From: Solirubrobacterales bacterium
GTDB taxonomy: Bacteria; Actinomycetota; Thermoleophilia; Solirubrobacterales; 70-9
Assembly (NCBI GenBank): GCA_035296705.1
Contig: DATHAL010000041.1
Span: 16,238 to 80,237 of the forward strand
Reading direction: 5' to 3'
DNA: 64,000 nucleotides
Part shown: positions 63,977 through 64,000 of the stretch, one piece after another
Position numbering within the stretch: position 1 is the first letter of the stretch
How the letters are laid out: every line of letters starts with the position of its first letter
Notes under the pieces: generated by a model
Databases searched by the model: none
Told to the model about the DNA's origin: nothing
Seen by the model: only the letters and a program-made list of their open reading frames with translations
Translations under genes and position numbers: made by a program

Positions 63977-64000
63977 CCGCCGGCCTCGGCCGCGAGACCG

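Overview
Very GC-rich (about 70% by eye) chromosomal segment that looks like an Actinomycetota genome. Supporting signs are a Kgd/OdhA-type fused 2-oxoglutarate dehydrogenase, a ydaO-type riboswitch in front of an NlpC/P60 hydrolase, many GTG/TTG starts and frequent 4-nt ATGA/GTGA gene overlaps. I saw no rRNA, tRNA, CRISPR array or intact mobile element. The only decayed gene is a frameshifted DUF559/AbiEi-like ORF. Layout: (i) 0-12 kb holds central metabolism (kgd, acnA) and small accessory genes. (ii) About 12.8-45.8 kb is a large amine/polyamine-type utilisation supercluster. It contains two complete PotA-D-B-C-like ABC importers, a third orphan PotD-like binding protein with a C-N hydrolase, two TetR regulators and one PucR regulator. 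It also has an omega-transaminase/alanine dehydrogenase/aminobutyraldehyde dehydrogenase operon, extra aldehyde dehydrogenase, esterase and DAO-type oxidase genes, and an uncharacterised divergent module. (iii) About 45.8-60 kb is a phosphate-homeostasis block: ppk1, ppx, RR-HK-PepSY, phoU, pstBACS, and a second PstS-like gene with an orphan response regulator. (iv) The right end has uppP, two crotonases and an HD protein. The best candidate for something undescribed is the divergent module at 20.8-29.4 kb (Rieske oxygenase, two PYROXD2-like flavoproteins, acyl-CoA dehydrogenase, ADP-forming acyl-CoA synthetase, TetR). It carries two identical copies of a 19-nt palindrome-containing operator. 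Other notable points are a Kgd that retains two lipoyl domains and a PSBD, 11-bp-phased Pho-box-like repeats at three promoters, an oddly oriented intrinsic terminator that may mark a small RNA, and an apparent 1-nt frameshift in a lipoprotein signal peptide. All functional calls come from reading the translations and from remembered family motifs. No database search was run.
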